Shown here piece after piece: positions 1-10,625 of a stretch of 64,000 nucleotides of DNA. Numbering within the stretch: the stretch's first letter is position 1; each line of letters starts with the position of its first letter. This stretch comes from Chiloscyllium plagiosum (Eukaryota). A program made the position numbers and the translations under genes. The notes below the pieces were generated by a model. That model was not told the DNA's origin, did not search any database, and saw nothing but the letters and a program-made list of their open reading frames with translations. The stretch is from the NCBI RefSeq assembly GCF_004010195.1, contig NC_057725.1:27179796-27243795 (forward strand), written 5' to 3'.

Positions 1-197
1 TAACCATTATCATTAAAAACCAAATGTTCTGATCATTATTACATTGCTCTTTTTGGAAGCTTGCTGCGTGTCACATGGCTGTCTTAATTCCAACATTACA
101 ATAGTGATGCAATTCAGAAATTACTTCTTTGGCTCTAAAGTATGTTGAGATATCCTAAGCTCTTGAAAGCGCCTATAAAATGACAACTCGTTTCTCC
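1..197 (+). mobile_element. DeuSINE (SacSINE1/AmnSINE1-like) 3' part
   Basis: Recognisable Deu/L2-tail consensus: tcattattacattgct..ggaagcttgctg..cattacaatagtga..tacttc.ttggct.taaag..tgaaagcgcctata. Similar copies recur in the window. Confidence 0.7.
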
Positions 198-814
198 TTT
201 AGACAAAAAGAGTATGTGCAATTACTGCTGTTCTTTGCACCATTAAGATGACCATTCTGAATATGGAAGAATTGCACAGCTGCAATTAGACAAATTTCTT
301 ATCTATTTTCCCTGTAGAAATGCAGAGGGGTTAGGGTTATCAGAGACAGAGAAAAGATATTAATTTGCTGTTGGACCACTTTGGAGAATCCATGAATCCA
401 ATCCTGGAAGTATTAACCTTGTCCACAATTGACATCTGGACCAGCAAAATTGTAATATTAAGGATTTATCTGTCATAATTATAACTTGCACAATAGATAA
501 ACAATGTTATTGAACAATGACAATGCTATTCATTTAGCAGAGTGTAGAAAGACTGGCATGGTTAAAAAATGTTAATTTTTTGGTTGTTAAATGTTTGATT
601 AAAAAAGTTAATATGCTGAAAAATTATAAGTTGTTTCAGAATGTGATAGCTGCCCATTTCATGCACTGAAAGTTTTGATCATCTGTTGTCAACTCTGTCT
701 CTTGTATTAGTCATCAGAAAAGTGTTTCTGCTTCATTATCATTTTTGGGATATCCGTGGATGTATGTGAGGCATTCCATTGTTTGCAATCATAGAGATTT
801 ATATAAGTTGAAGA

Positions 815-1050
815 AACAACAACTTGCTAGATACCATCTTTAATCTAATAAAATGACCAATGGTGCTTCACAGGAACAAGTATCAAACAGATTTTGCCAT
901 GTAAGGAGATAATGCCATAGGTGACCAGAAGTCTAGTAAGGGAGATAAGTTTTAAGGAGTATTTTAAAGAAGGACAGGAAACTAAAACTTTCTAAACTAA
1001 GGCATCTGATTTCGTGATCATCAATGGTGGAGTGATGAAAAATAGATTTT
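815..1050 (-). mobile_element. Degenerate L2-type LINE 3' fragment
   Basis: Resembles 22050-22270 and 29740-30060 (caacaacttg..tgcttcacagg..ggtgacca..agttttaaggag). Confidence 0.45.
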
Positions 1051-1714
1051 AAAATGCAGGTTAATACATTTATGAAAATTAAGGACAAAGGAAAATCACA
1101 TAGGAGATGCACACTTAACATGCCCAGATATTGATTGTAATATGTAGAATTGAATATATTGTGCTTCACTGCTTTCAAACCTATAATTGTAATCAAGTGC
1201 TTGGATTTAGACTTGAATCCATGACCTTCTGACTGAAAGTCAAGAGAGGAACCAACTAAGTGAAACTGACATTTCCAAAGTAGAATCACACTGCTGGATT
1301 AAAATCTCTTTGCTCAGTACTCAAAGCAAATGGTTTATCATGTCTGGATTAAATTCTTCTATCAGTTATTTCAAAGAAGGTATTGGCTTATTCTGGTTCA
1401 TGACCCCGTTAGAATAATAGAAGGATTTCCCTTGAAGACCTTATCGCATTAATTTCCAATTTCCTACTGCATGATTTTTAAACCCAGAACTTGACTCTGC
1501 ATTCTTAGATAAACTGATTGGAAATAAGCTTGCTGAGAGAGCATTATCGTTATTAAGTAGTTCTGTCTTCTATCAGTAGAGCAATCAGCAGTAGAGAAGC
1601 TGAATGACCTTCCTACCATTTCATAGGACATTCCAAATAAAACTAGAAAATTCTGGAAGTATTGAACAGGTCTTATAGCATCTGAAGAGGGAGAGAGAGA
1701 AATAGAGATTAGAT

Positions 1715-1830
1715 ATTTCCTAATCAATCTGTTTGGAGATATTTTTATGCTCCTCTAGATTTATGGTACTTGAACTTGGGCCTTCTGGTTCAGAGGTAGG
1801 GATACTACGACTGAATATTAAGCTCCTTGT
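1715..1830 (-). mobile_element. Short tRNA-derived SINE remnant
   Basis: Minus strand has an A/B-box-like head (tagtatccctacctctgaaccagaaggcccaagttcaagt). Related copies at about 10970-11085 and 26645-27290. Confidence 0.55.
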
Positions 1831-1838
1831 CAAATTTC

Positions 1839-2821
1839 ACTTAGATGAAAACAGAAAGTAGTTGAGAAACTTAACAATCTAGCAGCATCTGAGGCCAGAG
1901 AGAAGTAGAGTTAGCAATTTGGAGTCCAATGATTCTTCTTCAGGACGATCGGAGGCCTTGGATTAGAGGCTTGGATTGGAGGCCTTGACCCCAGAAAGTC
2001 AGCATGAGTCTCCAGATTACTCATCTGTTACATTATCACTATGTCAGCAGTTCCTCAGGAACATGTTTTTTTAATTACTGGAAGTATTATCCCCAAAATA
2101 CTCCTGGTACTTTTCATCTGTTGTCCACCATCACTAAAATCGCCCTTGTTTTCAATTACTCAAATTATATGTAATACCTGGCAAGGGTATTCAGTGCAAT
2201 GATTGTAATGAAGTCAGCCAACTGGAATGAGTTCTCTGATTGGGGTTGTTAACTTGGTGCAATCAGAGAGCACTGGCTGACAGATAAAAAGAATGAGTGC
2301 CAGAGATGCTGACACTCTGCTACCTGGTTCGGAATGAAGCATTTCTACTGTCAAGGAATGTGCATGCATAAATAAAGGGTGACTTGGTGATGCAATGCTG
2401 GCTTCTATGGAGGTTTTTGATTAGGAACAGAGTTTAACAGATGGACAATGTGGGGGAACCTGCGCTCTCAGTTTTTAGGAAGACCTTTTGAATTAAGCAG
2501 CATTCAGGTACCAAAGGTACAACAGTAGGCCGTCCCGAGGATCACGGACCCTGGGGGTAAATTGTCTGCCCACTTGAGTCCTGCTAGCCAATCAGAGCCT
2601 GCTGTTCTTCATTGCTTAGCAGAGCCCCTGGGAGGTGGTGGCTGCTACTGGTCTGCCCACATCTGTGGACGTAGGAACAGTCAACGTTCCGAATCTAATA
2701 TGATTCTTCTTTCGTCCTGAAGAAGAATCATTGGACTCCAAATTGCTAACTCTACTTCTCTCTGGCCTCAGATGCTGCTAGGTTGTTGAGTTTCTCAACT
2801 ACTTTCTGTTTTCATCTAAGT
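1839..2821. repeat. 110 bp inverted repeat (arms 1839-1948 and 2712-2821) derived from a PLE pLTR, with 763 bp spacer
   Basis: Arms are reverse complements with 2 mismatches; both are similar to the pLTR-like copy at 18677-18812. Confidence 0.93.
2204..2420 (+). mobile_element. Solo LTR of an LTR retrotransposon (probably Gypsy-like), degenerate
   Basis: Starts TGTAATG; has ctgattgg/caatcag CCAAT-type boxes, TATA-like gataaaa and AATAAA in LTR order. Terminal CA and TSD are not clear. Confidence 0.55.
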
Positions 2822-2920
2822 TAAGAATATTCTCAAAAACTTCATTTGATTTATTAGTGACTATCTTATACTTAAGGTCCAGAGGATTAGACTCATTTCA
2901 CAAGGGGAAGCTTCCTTTCT

Positions 2921-3124
2921 GAAAATTTGTTGCTGGAAAAGCGCAGCAGGTCAGGCAGCATCCAGGGAACAGGAGAATCGACGTTTCGGGCATAAGCCCT
3001 TCTTCAGGGCTTATGCCCGAAACGTCAATTCTCTGTTCCCTGGATGCTGCCTGACCTGCTGCGCTTTTCCAGCAACACATTTTCAGCTCTGATCTCCAGC
3101 ATCTGCAGACTTCACTTTCTCCTC
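2921..3124. mobile_element. PLE pLTR fold-back (hairpin) insertion, family A
   Basis: Inverted arms about 2919-3000 and 3006-3086; 14 bp TSD gaagcttcctttct at 2907-2920 and 3125-3138; same sequence as the 3' end of the PLE at 15256-17053. Confidence 0.9.
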
Positions 3125-3267
3125 GAAGCTTCCTTTCTACATATCCAGATCAAATGTGATTTTAAAGACTACTATTAGTTCACCCCTCTTCCTTCTCTTT
3201 ATTTGGGAGGGAGAAGATCCTTTCCCTATATATGCTTCTTCAAAGTTTGTGAGAACCAACCAACGTA

Positions 3268-3669
3268 GTGTACAAAATCCCATGCAAGGACTGCACAAAA
3301 CACTACATAGGACAAACAGGAAGACAGCTAACGATCCATATCCATGAACACCAACTAGCCACGAAACGACACGATCAGCTATCGTTCGTAGCCACACACG
3401 CGGATGAGAAGCAACATGATTTAGACTGGGACAACACTACTATTAAAGGACAAGCCAAACAGAGAACAGCCAGGAAATTCCTAGAGGCATGGCACTTATC
3501 CACAGATTCTATCAACAAACACATCGACCTGGACCCAATATACTGGCTACTGCAGCGGACAGCTGGAACTGACAACTGGAAGCAGCAGAGACAAACCACT
3601 ATAAATGCCGAAGGAAACATCACAGAAGTGCTTTACAGGAGGCTCCCAAGCACTGAGGATGTCACCTAG
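3268..3669 (+). pseudogene. PLE GIY-YIG endonuclease C-terminal fragment
   Basis: VYKIPCKDCTKHYIGQTGRQLTIHIHEH...FLEAWH...SINKH matches the Penelope GIY-YIG signature; no RT upstream and no true start codon. Confidence 0.88.
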
Positions 3670-3689
3670 ACAGGGGACGAAACGTTTGC
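3650..3689 (+). ncRNA. Minimal type I hammerhead ribozyme motif (PLE family B)
   Basis: GCA-CUGAGGA-U-GUC a CCU agac AGG g GAC-GAAA-CGUU-UGC: core boxes, helix II, 3 bp helix I and palindromic AACGUU helix III. Confidence 0.65.
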
Positions 3690-3964
3690 AACACAAATTC
3701 CCAGCTCGGTGAACAAAACCACAACATATATGCTTCTTATTTTTGTATCATCATTGCAAATCATTTTTAAACTTCTCCAGTGTGTCCATTACCTATTGAG
3801 CGCAATTGCATTGATTTCCTATTGGTTAATTGCATGCAATAATTGCTCAATGTTTTATGTGAACAGAAACATTTGGCAAAAGTTACACTTTAAAAAAAAA
3901 ATTGTTCTTCCCAATCTGTAGGGGGGACTACTTTCTATTGGAATGTCCCATCCCTCATAGCTTC

Positions 3965-4270
3965 CTTAAAATTCATTCCCAAGATGTTCTTTTCACTAGC
4001 AATGCCGGCATATTAGTGGCAAGCTGTATTTGCCATTAAGTGGAAGTACTGAGCCACTATCTTTAGTTGCTGCAGTCCATGGAGTGTAGGAAGACCTAAA
4101 GTGCTGTTGAAGAGGAAATTCATGGATTTGTCCTCGTACCTCTGAAGAAATGGCTTGGGCTGATGTTTGTCTTGAGGCAAACTTGAAGATGATGGTTTTT
4201 CCATGCTCTTGCTGCTCTTGTCTTTCTTGGTGGAGGTCATGGATTTGGGAGCATGCTAGAATCAATGTTT
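3965..4270 (-). mobile_element. CR1/L2-group LINE 3' fragment (shark family), degenerate
   Basis: Similar to 19030-19625, 31055-32720 and 43545-44015. Confidence 0.55.
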
Positions 4271-4892
4271 GCATGATTTCAAGACCTCCATTTCTGTATC
4301 TGCTCTTGCAACATTTTAAAATACTACTGAGTTTAAAGGCCCTTAGTAGGAATGTGGAGATAGGGTGTTGGTCTCAGTATGCATACCTTATTATCACAGC
4401 TTGTGTCAACAACATTCTATGCAGGGTGAATGATCTATGAAATGGTATGCTTCACCCAGCCATGTCAGTGCAGGAGCTTAAAATTGAATTGATCTAAATT
4501 GTGTTGCTTTTAGCAATTATAGTTGTGAATTACAACCTCCAAAACAGAAAAAAAAAACAGGAAAATACAGCTTTGGAAAGTGAGAGACTCCGACAGTCCC
4601 AATGTGCCTGTGTAGATTCATCATCTTAATGTCGTAACCATACAAATGAATTATTGAGGCTTGCTGGAAGCTGGTGAGGTGAAAGCATTCACAGCTGTTG
4701 AGCTAGAGGGCTGCAGAGGAACCTGCAATGAGTCAAGGTTGATAGGTCTGATGAGGCTGCGCTAAATCCTGTATTATCGATAACGGGGCAGAAAAGCACC
4801 AATCTCCCCATTCCAGATCTTTATTTTAGTAATATTGGCTTCAGACAATATGGCTTTCTTCCCACTGAATATTTTGTTAGAAGAGTCTTTCA

Positions 4893-5021
4893 GGAGAAAG
4901 TGAGGTCTGCAGATGCTGGAGATCAAAGTTGAAACTTTATTGCTGGAACAGCACAGCAGGTCAGGCAGCATCCAGGGAACAGGAGATTCGACGTTTCGGG
5001 CACAGGCCCTTCTTCAGGAAT
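4893..5021 (-). mobile_element. Solo PLE pLTR fragment, family A
   Basis: Closely similar to the arms at 2921-3124 and 36854-37057. Confidence 0.85.
4986..5021 (-). ncRNA. Minimal type I hammerhead ribozyme motif (PLE family A), apparently intact
   Basis: Minus strand AUUC-CUGAAGA-A-GGGC CUGU GCCC-GAAA-CGUC-GAAU: 4 bp helix I, 4 bp helix II and GUC cleavage triplet. Confidence 0.72.
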
Positions 5022-5284
5022 TCAACCCAGTAATGGTAACTTAAACAATAATATTTAACTAATAAAGTGATGGGAAAATAACTACTTGTAATCTGGAAGA
5101 ATTTTAAAAAAAAGTTAAAATCAAATAAATAAATGCTTCACAGTTTTAGTGAGTTCTGAGCTAATGTGTTATTTAACTGCTTCATGTAATCCTTAACTCT
5201 GTGTGTGGATGTTGGACGTAGAAGTTCAAATTTATTTAAAGGCTGCTAGTGCAAGACCACCCCTTCAGAGACTGGTGTACACAG

Positions 5285-6085
5285 ACTGGGCTGACACTCC
5301 CAATGTTTGAGGGAGTGTTGTAACATTGGTACCATTTTTTGCCTTGGGTTGTGTCATCTTTGAGGATGAGACATTAACAGGAGCTGTGTCTACATTGAAC
5401 ATTGTTTCTTTTATTTTTGATATTTTGTTTTTGCTTCCTGCTATCTTATTCTGGAGCAGTAAAATATCCCAAAATGATCTTTCAAATATAATCTAGGGAG
5501 TTCTCTCCAGTATTCTGAACCAATAGTTATCCTTCAACTGATACCCAAAGCAGATTTTATCGCCATTACCATGCTGCTGTTTGTGCAACCTTGCTGTGTA
5601 CATAAAACAGCTGCCACATTTCTGTTTATTCATTCACAGGATATGGTTGTTCCTGGCAAAGCCATTTATTGTCTATGTTTAATTGCCCTTGCAAAAATGA
5701 TAAGTCCAATGATTGGGTATTTCAGGTGGTATAGTTAAGAAGCAATCATATTGAAATGGTTCTGCACTAACATCTAGGCCAGCCTGGGTAACAAGTAAAA
5801 TTTCCATTCCCTGGTGGACTTTAGTGAGCCAGTTAGGATTTTAAGATAAGCTGGCAATTTAGTGATAACTATTATTAAGGTTTAGTTTTTTTTAACTGAA
5901 GATTTATTTACTAACTGAATTTAAATTCCCCAGTTGCCATGGGGTGATTTGAACTCGTGTCTATGGATTATTTTGTCCAGATTGATGGATTACCAGTTTT
6001 GCTGATATAACCATTTGATATTGTGCCTAATGCTTTTCAATATCACAATGGTGACTATACTTCAAATGTACTTCATTGACTGTCT
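5285..6085 (+). mobile_element. DeuSINE-like element interrupted by an antisense tRNA-derived SINE (about 5626-6030)
   Basis: Deu consensus breaks after ..gctgccacatttc (about 5620) and resumes at tatcacaatggtgactatacttcaaatgtacttcattg (about 6041). The insert has a minus-strand gagttcaaatc B-box. Confidence 0.6.
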
Positions 6086-6099
6086 CACTCTCTCAGACT

Positions 6100-6385
6100 A
6101 AAGTCTATTCCTGTTCATTTTCACCTCAACCGTTCATTGTGGGTTACACATTCTTACCCTTCTCTGGATAAACAAGATTCTCCTGAATTCTCAACTGGAT
6201 TTATTAACAAAACTTTTATACTTATGACCCTAGTTCCAATCTCGTCCCTAAGTAGTAACACCTTGTTTACATCTTCCTGATCAAACTTTCTTATAATCTT
6301 GAAAACCAAAACGTGGCTGTTCCTCAGCCTTCCCTTTCCAAGAGAAAAGGGGCCCAGTCTGTTTGTTTTCTCCTCATAACCTCTG
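6100..6385 (-). mobile_element. Old CR1 LINE 3' fragment
   Basis: Degenerate match to the CR1 ORF2 C-terminus (cagccttccctttccaagagaaaag..cccagtctgtt). Confidence 0.55.
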
Positions 6386-7420
6386 CAATCTCTAATGTTT
6401 CAAGTTTGAGTGGTTTTGACCAATGGGGGCAGGCTTTATTTGATCCTCTTGCACAGTGATATGCTTGTGCATTTCCTGTTTGCTTGGGTTCAGAGGCTGA
6501 TCAGATTTATTGAGGTATTTTGCAGTTCTCTGCGTCTGTCACATTTGCACTTCATACTCTTTATTTAAAGTCAAGACGGGGTGCCATGACCTTGTCAACT
6601 GAATAGTGTAAAGAAAAAGGAAGCCCACCAGAATTACCTGTGAGAGAGTAGCAACTTGTGTTATACGCATGCACTGATGCAAAAACATAGTTCTCTCTTC
6701 AGTCAGCAGGGAATGGCCTATTTAATGTTATCTGCCACAATTTAACTGAGAAACAAATGTTGCCATTCTTCAGTGAGTCTGGTTGACAATGTTTGGAGAG
6801 GATATTGGCCTGCTTGGCGGGGCCTGCAATTGAAGAACTGAATCACAATAATGGGAAAAGAGAAAAGCTGTTTATGGCTCAGTGGTTTAACTGAAAAAAA
6901 CAAATGAGGTAAGCCCTCGATAATGTCAGATAGCAGTGGATAGCACTTGGAGAAAATTGGGTTCTGTAGTCTTGAATCATCCAAGCGGCAAGTCAGCTCT
7001 TGTTTGAACTGCAGGTTGCCCATCATACTTGACAGCAGTGATGCAGTTAGTTAATAAGAAATCTTATTCATCTGTGAGGCACTGGATTGTGTACTCAGAG
7101 GAGTGCTGCGGTTTGAATAAGTTCTCTCCAAAAACATTTTCCATGTGAAGGAATCCTGTTGTATAGCACTGTGCTGAATCTTTTAGATGTTGTCTGCTTT
7201 GTTGCATGGCCTACATCACATGGTTTATGGTTTTGTCTTGCATGTGCGCTTACTTAATAAATGCATGAATTATGCTTATTATTTACAGTAATGATTCTTA
7301 TTAGTTTCCATAATGTTTAAATCTCCTTTTTAATGCAGTTCATGTTATCAGTGCATCAGTTCCTAATGCGGGCAGAATCTCTGACCTCAAATTAAAACAA
7401 CGTCCAATCATAATTCCTCC

Positions 7421-8225
7421 CCCAGCATGGAATTCAATCTGGCAAAGTGACAAGTGTGATGTCTTGAGTAGGACAAACAAAGTAAGGAAATACACGGTGA
7501 ATGGTAGGACCCTAGGAAGCACCGAGTATCAGAGGGACCTTGGTGTGGATGCCCACTAGTCCTTTTAGGTGGTGAACAGGTAGATAATCTGATTAAGAAG
7601 GCATATGGTATACTTCTCATTATTAGCCGAGGCATAGCGTTTAAGAGCAGGGAGGTTATAAAATTTGGTTAAGCCATAGCTAAGATATTTTCTGCAGTTC
7701 CGGAATCTACATTGCAGGAGGGAAGTGACAGCACTGGAGAGAATGCAATGGAGATTTACCAGGATGTTAACTGAAGAGTTTCAATGATGAAGACAGATTG
7801 GATAGACTGATACTGTTTTCCTTGGAGAAGGGTAGACTGGGTGGACAAATGGGGGGGGGGCGGGGGGCATGATTAAGATGCATAAAATTATGGGGGGGGG
7901 GGCATGGATAGGGTTGACAGGAAGGAATTCTTGCCTCTTGGTGAAGGGCTCAATGACCAGGGTACATAGATTTCAGGTAAGGGTCAAAGTTTAGAGGAGA
8001 TGTGACAATTTTTTCTTTTCCACCCAGAAAGTGGTAGCAATCTGGAACTCACTGCTGGTAAGGCTGGTAGAGGGAGGTACCGTCCTAATATTTAAGAAGT
8101 ATTTAGATGTGGGCTAGCAATGCCAAGGCATACAAGGCTAAGGGCCAAGTGCAAGAAAGTAGGATTACAATAGGTAGGTGCCCACTGTTTTTTGTCAGGC
8201 ACAGACACAATGGGCTGGAGGACCT
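7421..8225 (+). mobile_element. CR1 LINE ORF2 3' fragment
   Basis: Frameshifted EFN..KC.., QRDLGV, KKAYG, RFTRML, FFTQ.VV..WNSL motifs and 3' UTR. Confidence 0.85.
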
Positions 8226-8689
8226 TGTTGTGTCACCTCAACCCCACCCTCGACCACTGAAGGAAAGGAAAATGTCAGCAAAGAGGACAGATCAAATTCA
8301 AAATTTGGCAATGATATCAACGTGCTGGAATTCCTTTCCTCTTCACAGCACTCACTCCCCACGCATTCCCAGAGCTGACTGCCAGAAGACTGTTCTCATG
8401 AGACCTTGGCTACTGCCTCACATCACCAGATTTCTATTCCTGCTGCCAGCTCTCCTTCGCCAGACATAGTCAGCCAGCAAAAGTGGCTCAGTGTTGCACA
8501 AGTCAGTCTCAGGGAGGTCTTACTTAAATGTGGTCATAATTGGTGTAAGATTCGATTCATTCATTATCGTTATCTCCCTTTATTTAAAATTCCCATGTGT
8601 TTCCAAATACCTTCATGCTCCCACCACTCCCTATCCCAGTGATCTCTTCCAGATCCTGTAGGGAATCGAATAGAATCTAATCTAATCTA

Positions 8690-8980
8690 CAACCCTCCAA
8701 GATATCTGTGCTCTTCCAGTTCTGGGATTGTGAGCATCTTTGATTTTCATCACTCTGATATTGGTGGCTGGCTTTTATCGGCCTGACCCCTGAACATCTG
8801 TAGTTTCCTTGCTGCTTCGCGATCTCTTGATCCTTTTTAAAAGATGCTCCTTGAAAACGCTGCCTTTGACCGAGATTTTAATCACCTCAACTAATACATT
8901 TCTTCAGCTGTTCTGTTGAAGGTTTGCTTGTGAAACACTTTAGAGTATTTTACATTCAGTGTACCCAATAAATGCAAGGA
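8690..8980 (+). mobile_element. Degenerate L2 3' fragment
   Basis: ctacaaccctccaagatatctgtgctc..attggtggctg..ctccttgaaaac..ctttgacc; similar to 28380-28600. Confidence 0.5.
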
Positions 8981-9479
8981 AAGGTTGCTGATAGTGGCCT
9001 AGCCTTAATGGGTCCAGAGAGATTAATAAAAAGATGAAAAGATAAGAAGAATGATTTTTTTGCAGAGTGTTGTTAGGATGCAGAAATAATGCTAGCAATC
9101 AAATCGAGAATAGTTTTTACAAGAAAGATGGATAATTGTTTTTTTAAAAAAGCACAAAGGAAATTAGGAAGAAAAGAAACTGAGATTATGTATAGGTAGA
9201 AAGGGTGAGAAGACCTTCTTCTGTAGTGCTATGATAATCTGCCATGTGTTTGGATTATATTTCAGTTCAAAATGATGGAGCCAATTCAGGTTGTCAATCC
9301 TGGTTTATCCATGTAAATTCAGTGGTGTTTAATTTTTTTGAAGTGGTATTAAAGGAATCAAGACATAATAATAGGGATAATGTGGAAAGGTGCAGATAAG
9401 GTGGATGATCAGTGAATATGATTGTATTGTAGAGCAGACTTGATGGGATTTGTATGGCTTCTGTTTCAAAAATCAATTG

Positions 9480-9790
9480 TTAGCCAGCAGTCATCAGTCA
9501 AAGGGGTGGGCATGTTGCTGTATGTCACCATGCTACATCAATCTCACTCCTGCAGCACCATGTGCCAGTTGTGTACACTTGAAACACACTCAATGTGCTT
9601 CAATCGAATGGCCATGTATCAAAGTCTACGAGGAAGTGCCCTTAGTCAAGTTAAGGGAGATATCCTCCAGTCAGGTGGTCCAGGCATAGGAAATTGAGGA
9701 CGTTGTCTGATCTGAGTTCAGAGGCCTGAGAATGGTCAGTCAACAGCTCGTGGTGGTTAGCGTCAGGGGATCCTTTCCTCTCCAGTCCAG
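9480..9790 (+). repeat. Unclassified dispersed repeat; inverted homolog at about 24190-24490
   Basis: Collinear shared blocks: agtcatcagtcaa, tgttgctg.atg.caccatgcta, atgt.cttcaa..aatgg.catg.atcaa, atcct.cagtcag, ggatcctttcctc. Confidence 0.7.
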
Positions 9791-10254
9791 AGAGTGGGTC
9801 TTGGTAAGCCCTACTGGTCCAATGCAACAAGTCTGGGGAATTATAGGAATTCAGTTGGGGAGCTGTGCACATAGCAGTCGGGGGACCTGATCATTATCGT
9901 CAAGACTGTTCTTCCAAGTAGTCAAGGGAGTGAGTCTCCATCAACTGGGGGCAGGGGTGAGGGTGGGGCAGTGGGGAAGAACTGTTGAATAAAACAGAGG
10001 GTTGGAAGGAAGCTGGGCACCTCAATTCTGATTGATCTATGAAGGTGGAGATAGGTCTTCATCCTGAATTACTTCAGTCTGTGTGGTATTTCAGTCTGCT
10101 TGATTATTTCCTAGGCTGCTTCAAAGGACATTTAAAGTCAACTATTCTGATGGATGACTGGATTCACTAAGGGTAAAGAGACTAGGTTTCCTTTCCTAAA
10201 GAACATCAGTGAACTACTGAGTTTTTAATGAAAATCCAACAGCTTCTTAAAGTC

Positions 10255-10625
10255 AAATAATTGAAACTTACGAAGTTCTCAAGAGACCTGGCAGGGTAGG
10301 TGCCAAAAAATAGGTTTGTCCTAGCTGATGAATCTAGAACATGAGGTCACACTCTCAGAATGAGGGGCTGTCTGCTTGGACTAACACGAAGAGCAATTCA
10401 TTCACTTTTAAGATTGTGAATCTTTGGAATTCTCTGCCTGAAAGAACTGTCCATCTCCATTATGTAGTATATACAATTTACTTTTTGGGCACTAAGGTAA
10501 GAGGATGTGGGGGTAACATTGGAAGGTGATGTTGAGGTAGAAGACCAGCCATAATCTTATTGAATGAGAGGACAGTGTACTTGTTGGTCAAATACGAGTT
10601 CACCTACTCCTACCTGTATTCTTAT
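10255..10625 (+). mobile_element. Old CR1 3' fragment
   Basis: gaatctagaacatgaggtcacactctcagaat..gtgaatctttggaattctctgcc and CR1-type 3' UTR. Confidence 0.65.

Larger units (their letters stand above)
3241..3725 (+). mobile_element. 5'-truncated Penelope-like retroelement (family B): GIY-YIG domain plus pLTR
   Basis: 13 bp TSD atatatgcttctt at 3228-3240 and 3726-3738; contains the GIY-YIG ORF and a hammerhead-like motif. Confidence 0.9.

Noticed and set aside
4745-4770. CTGATGA followed by a small GC hairpin
   Set aside because: No GAAA box and no helix I or III.
8260-8520. Ser-rich protein-like reading frame
   Set aside because: In-frame stop, no convincing splice sites and no recognisable homology.
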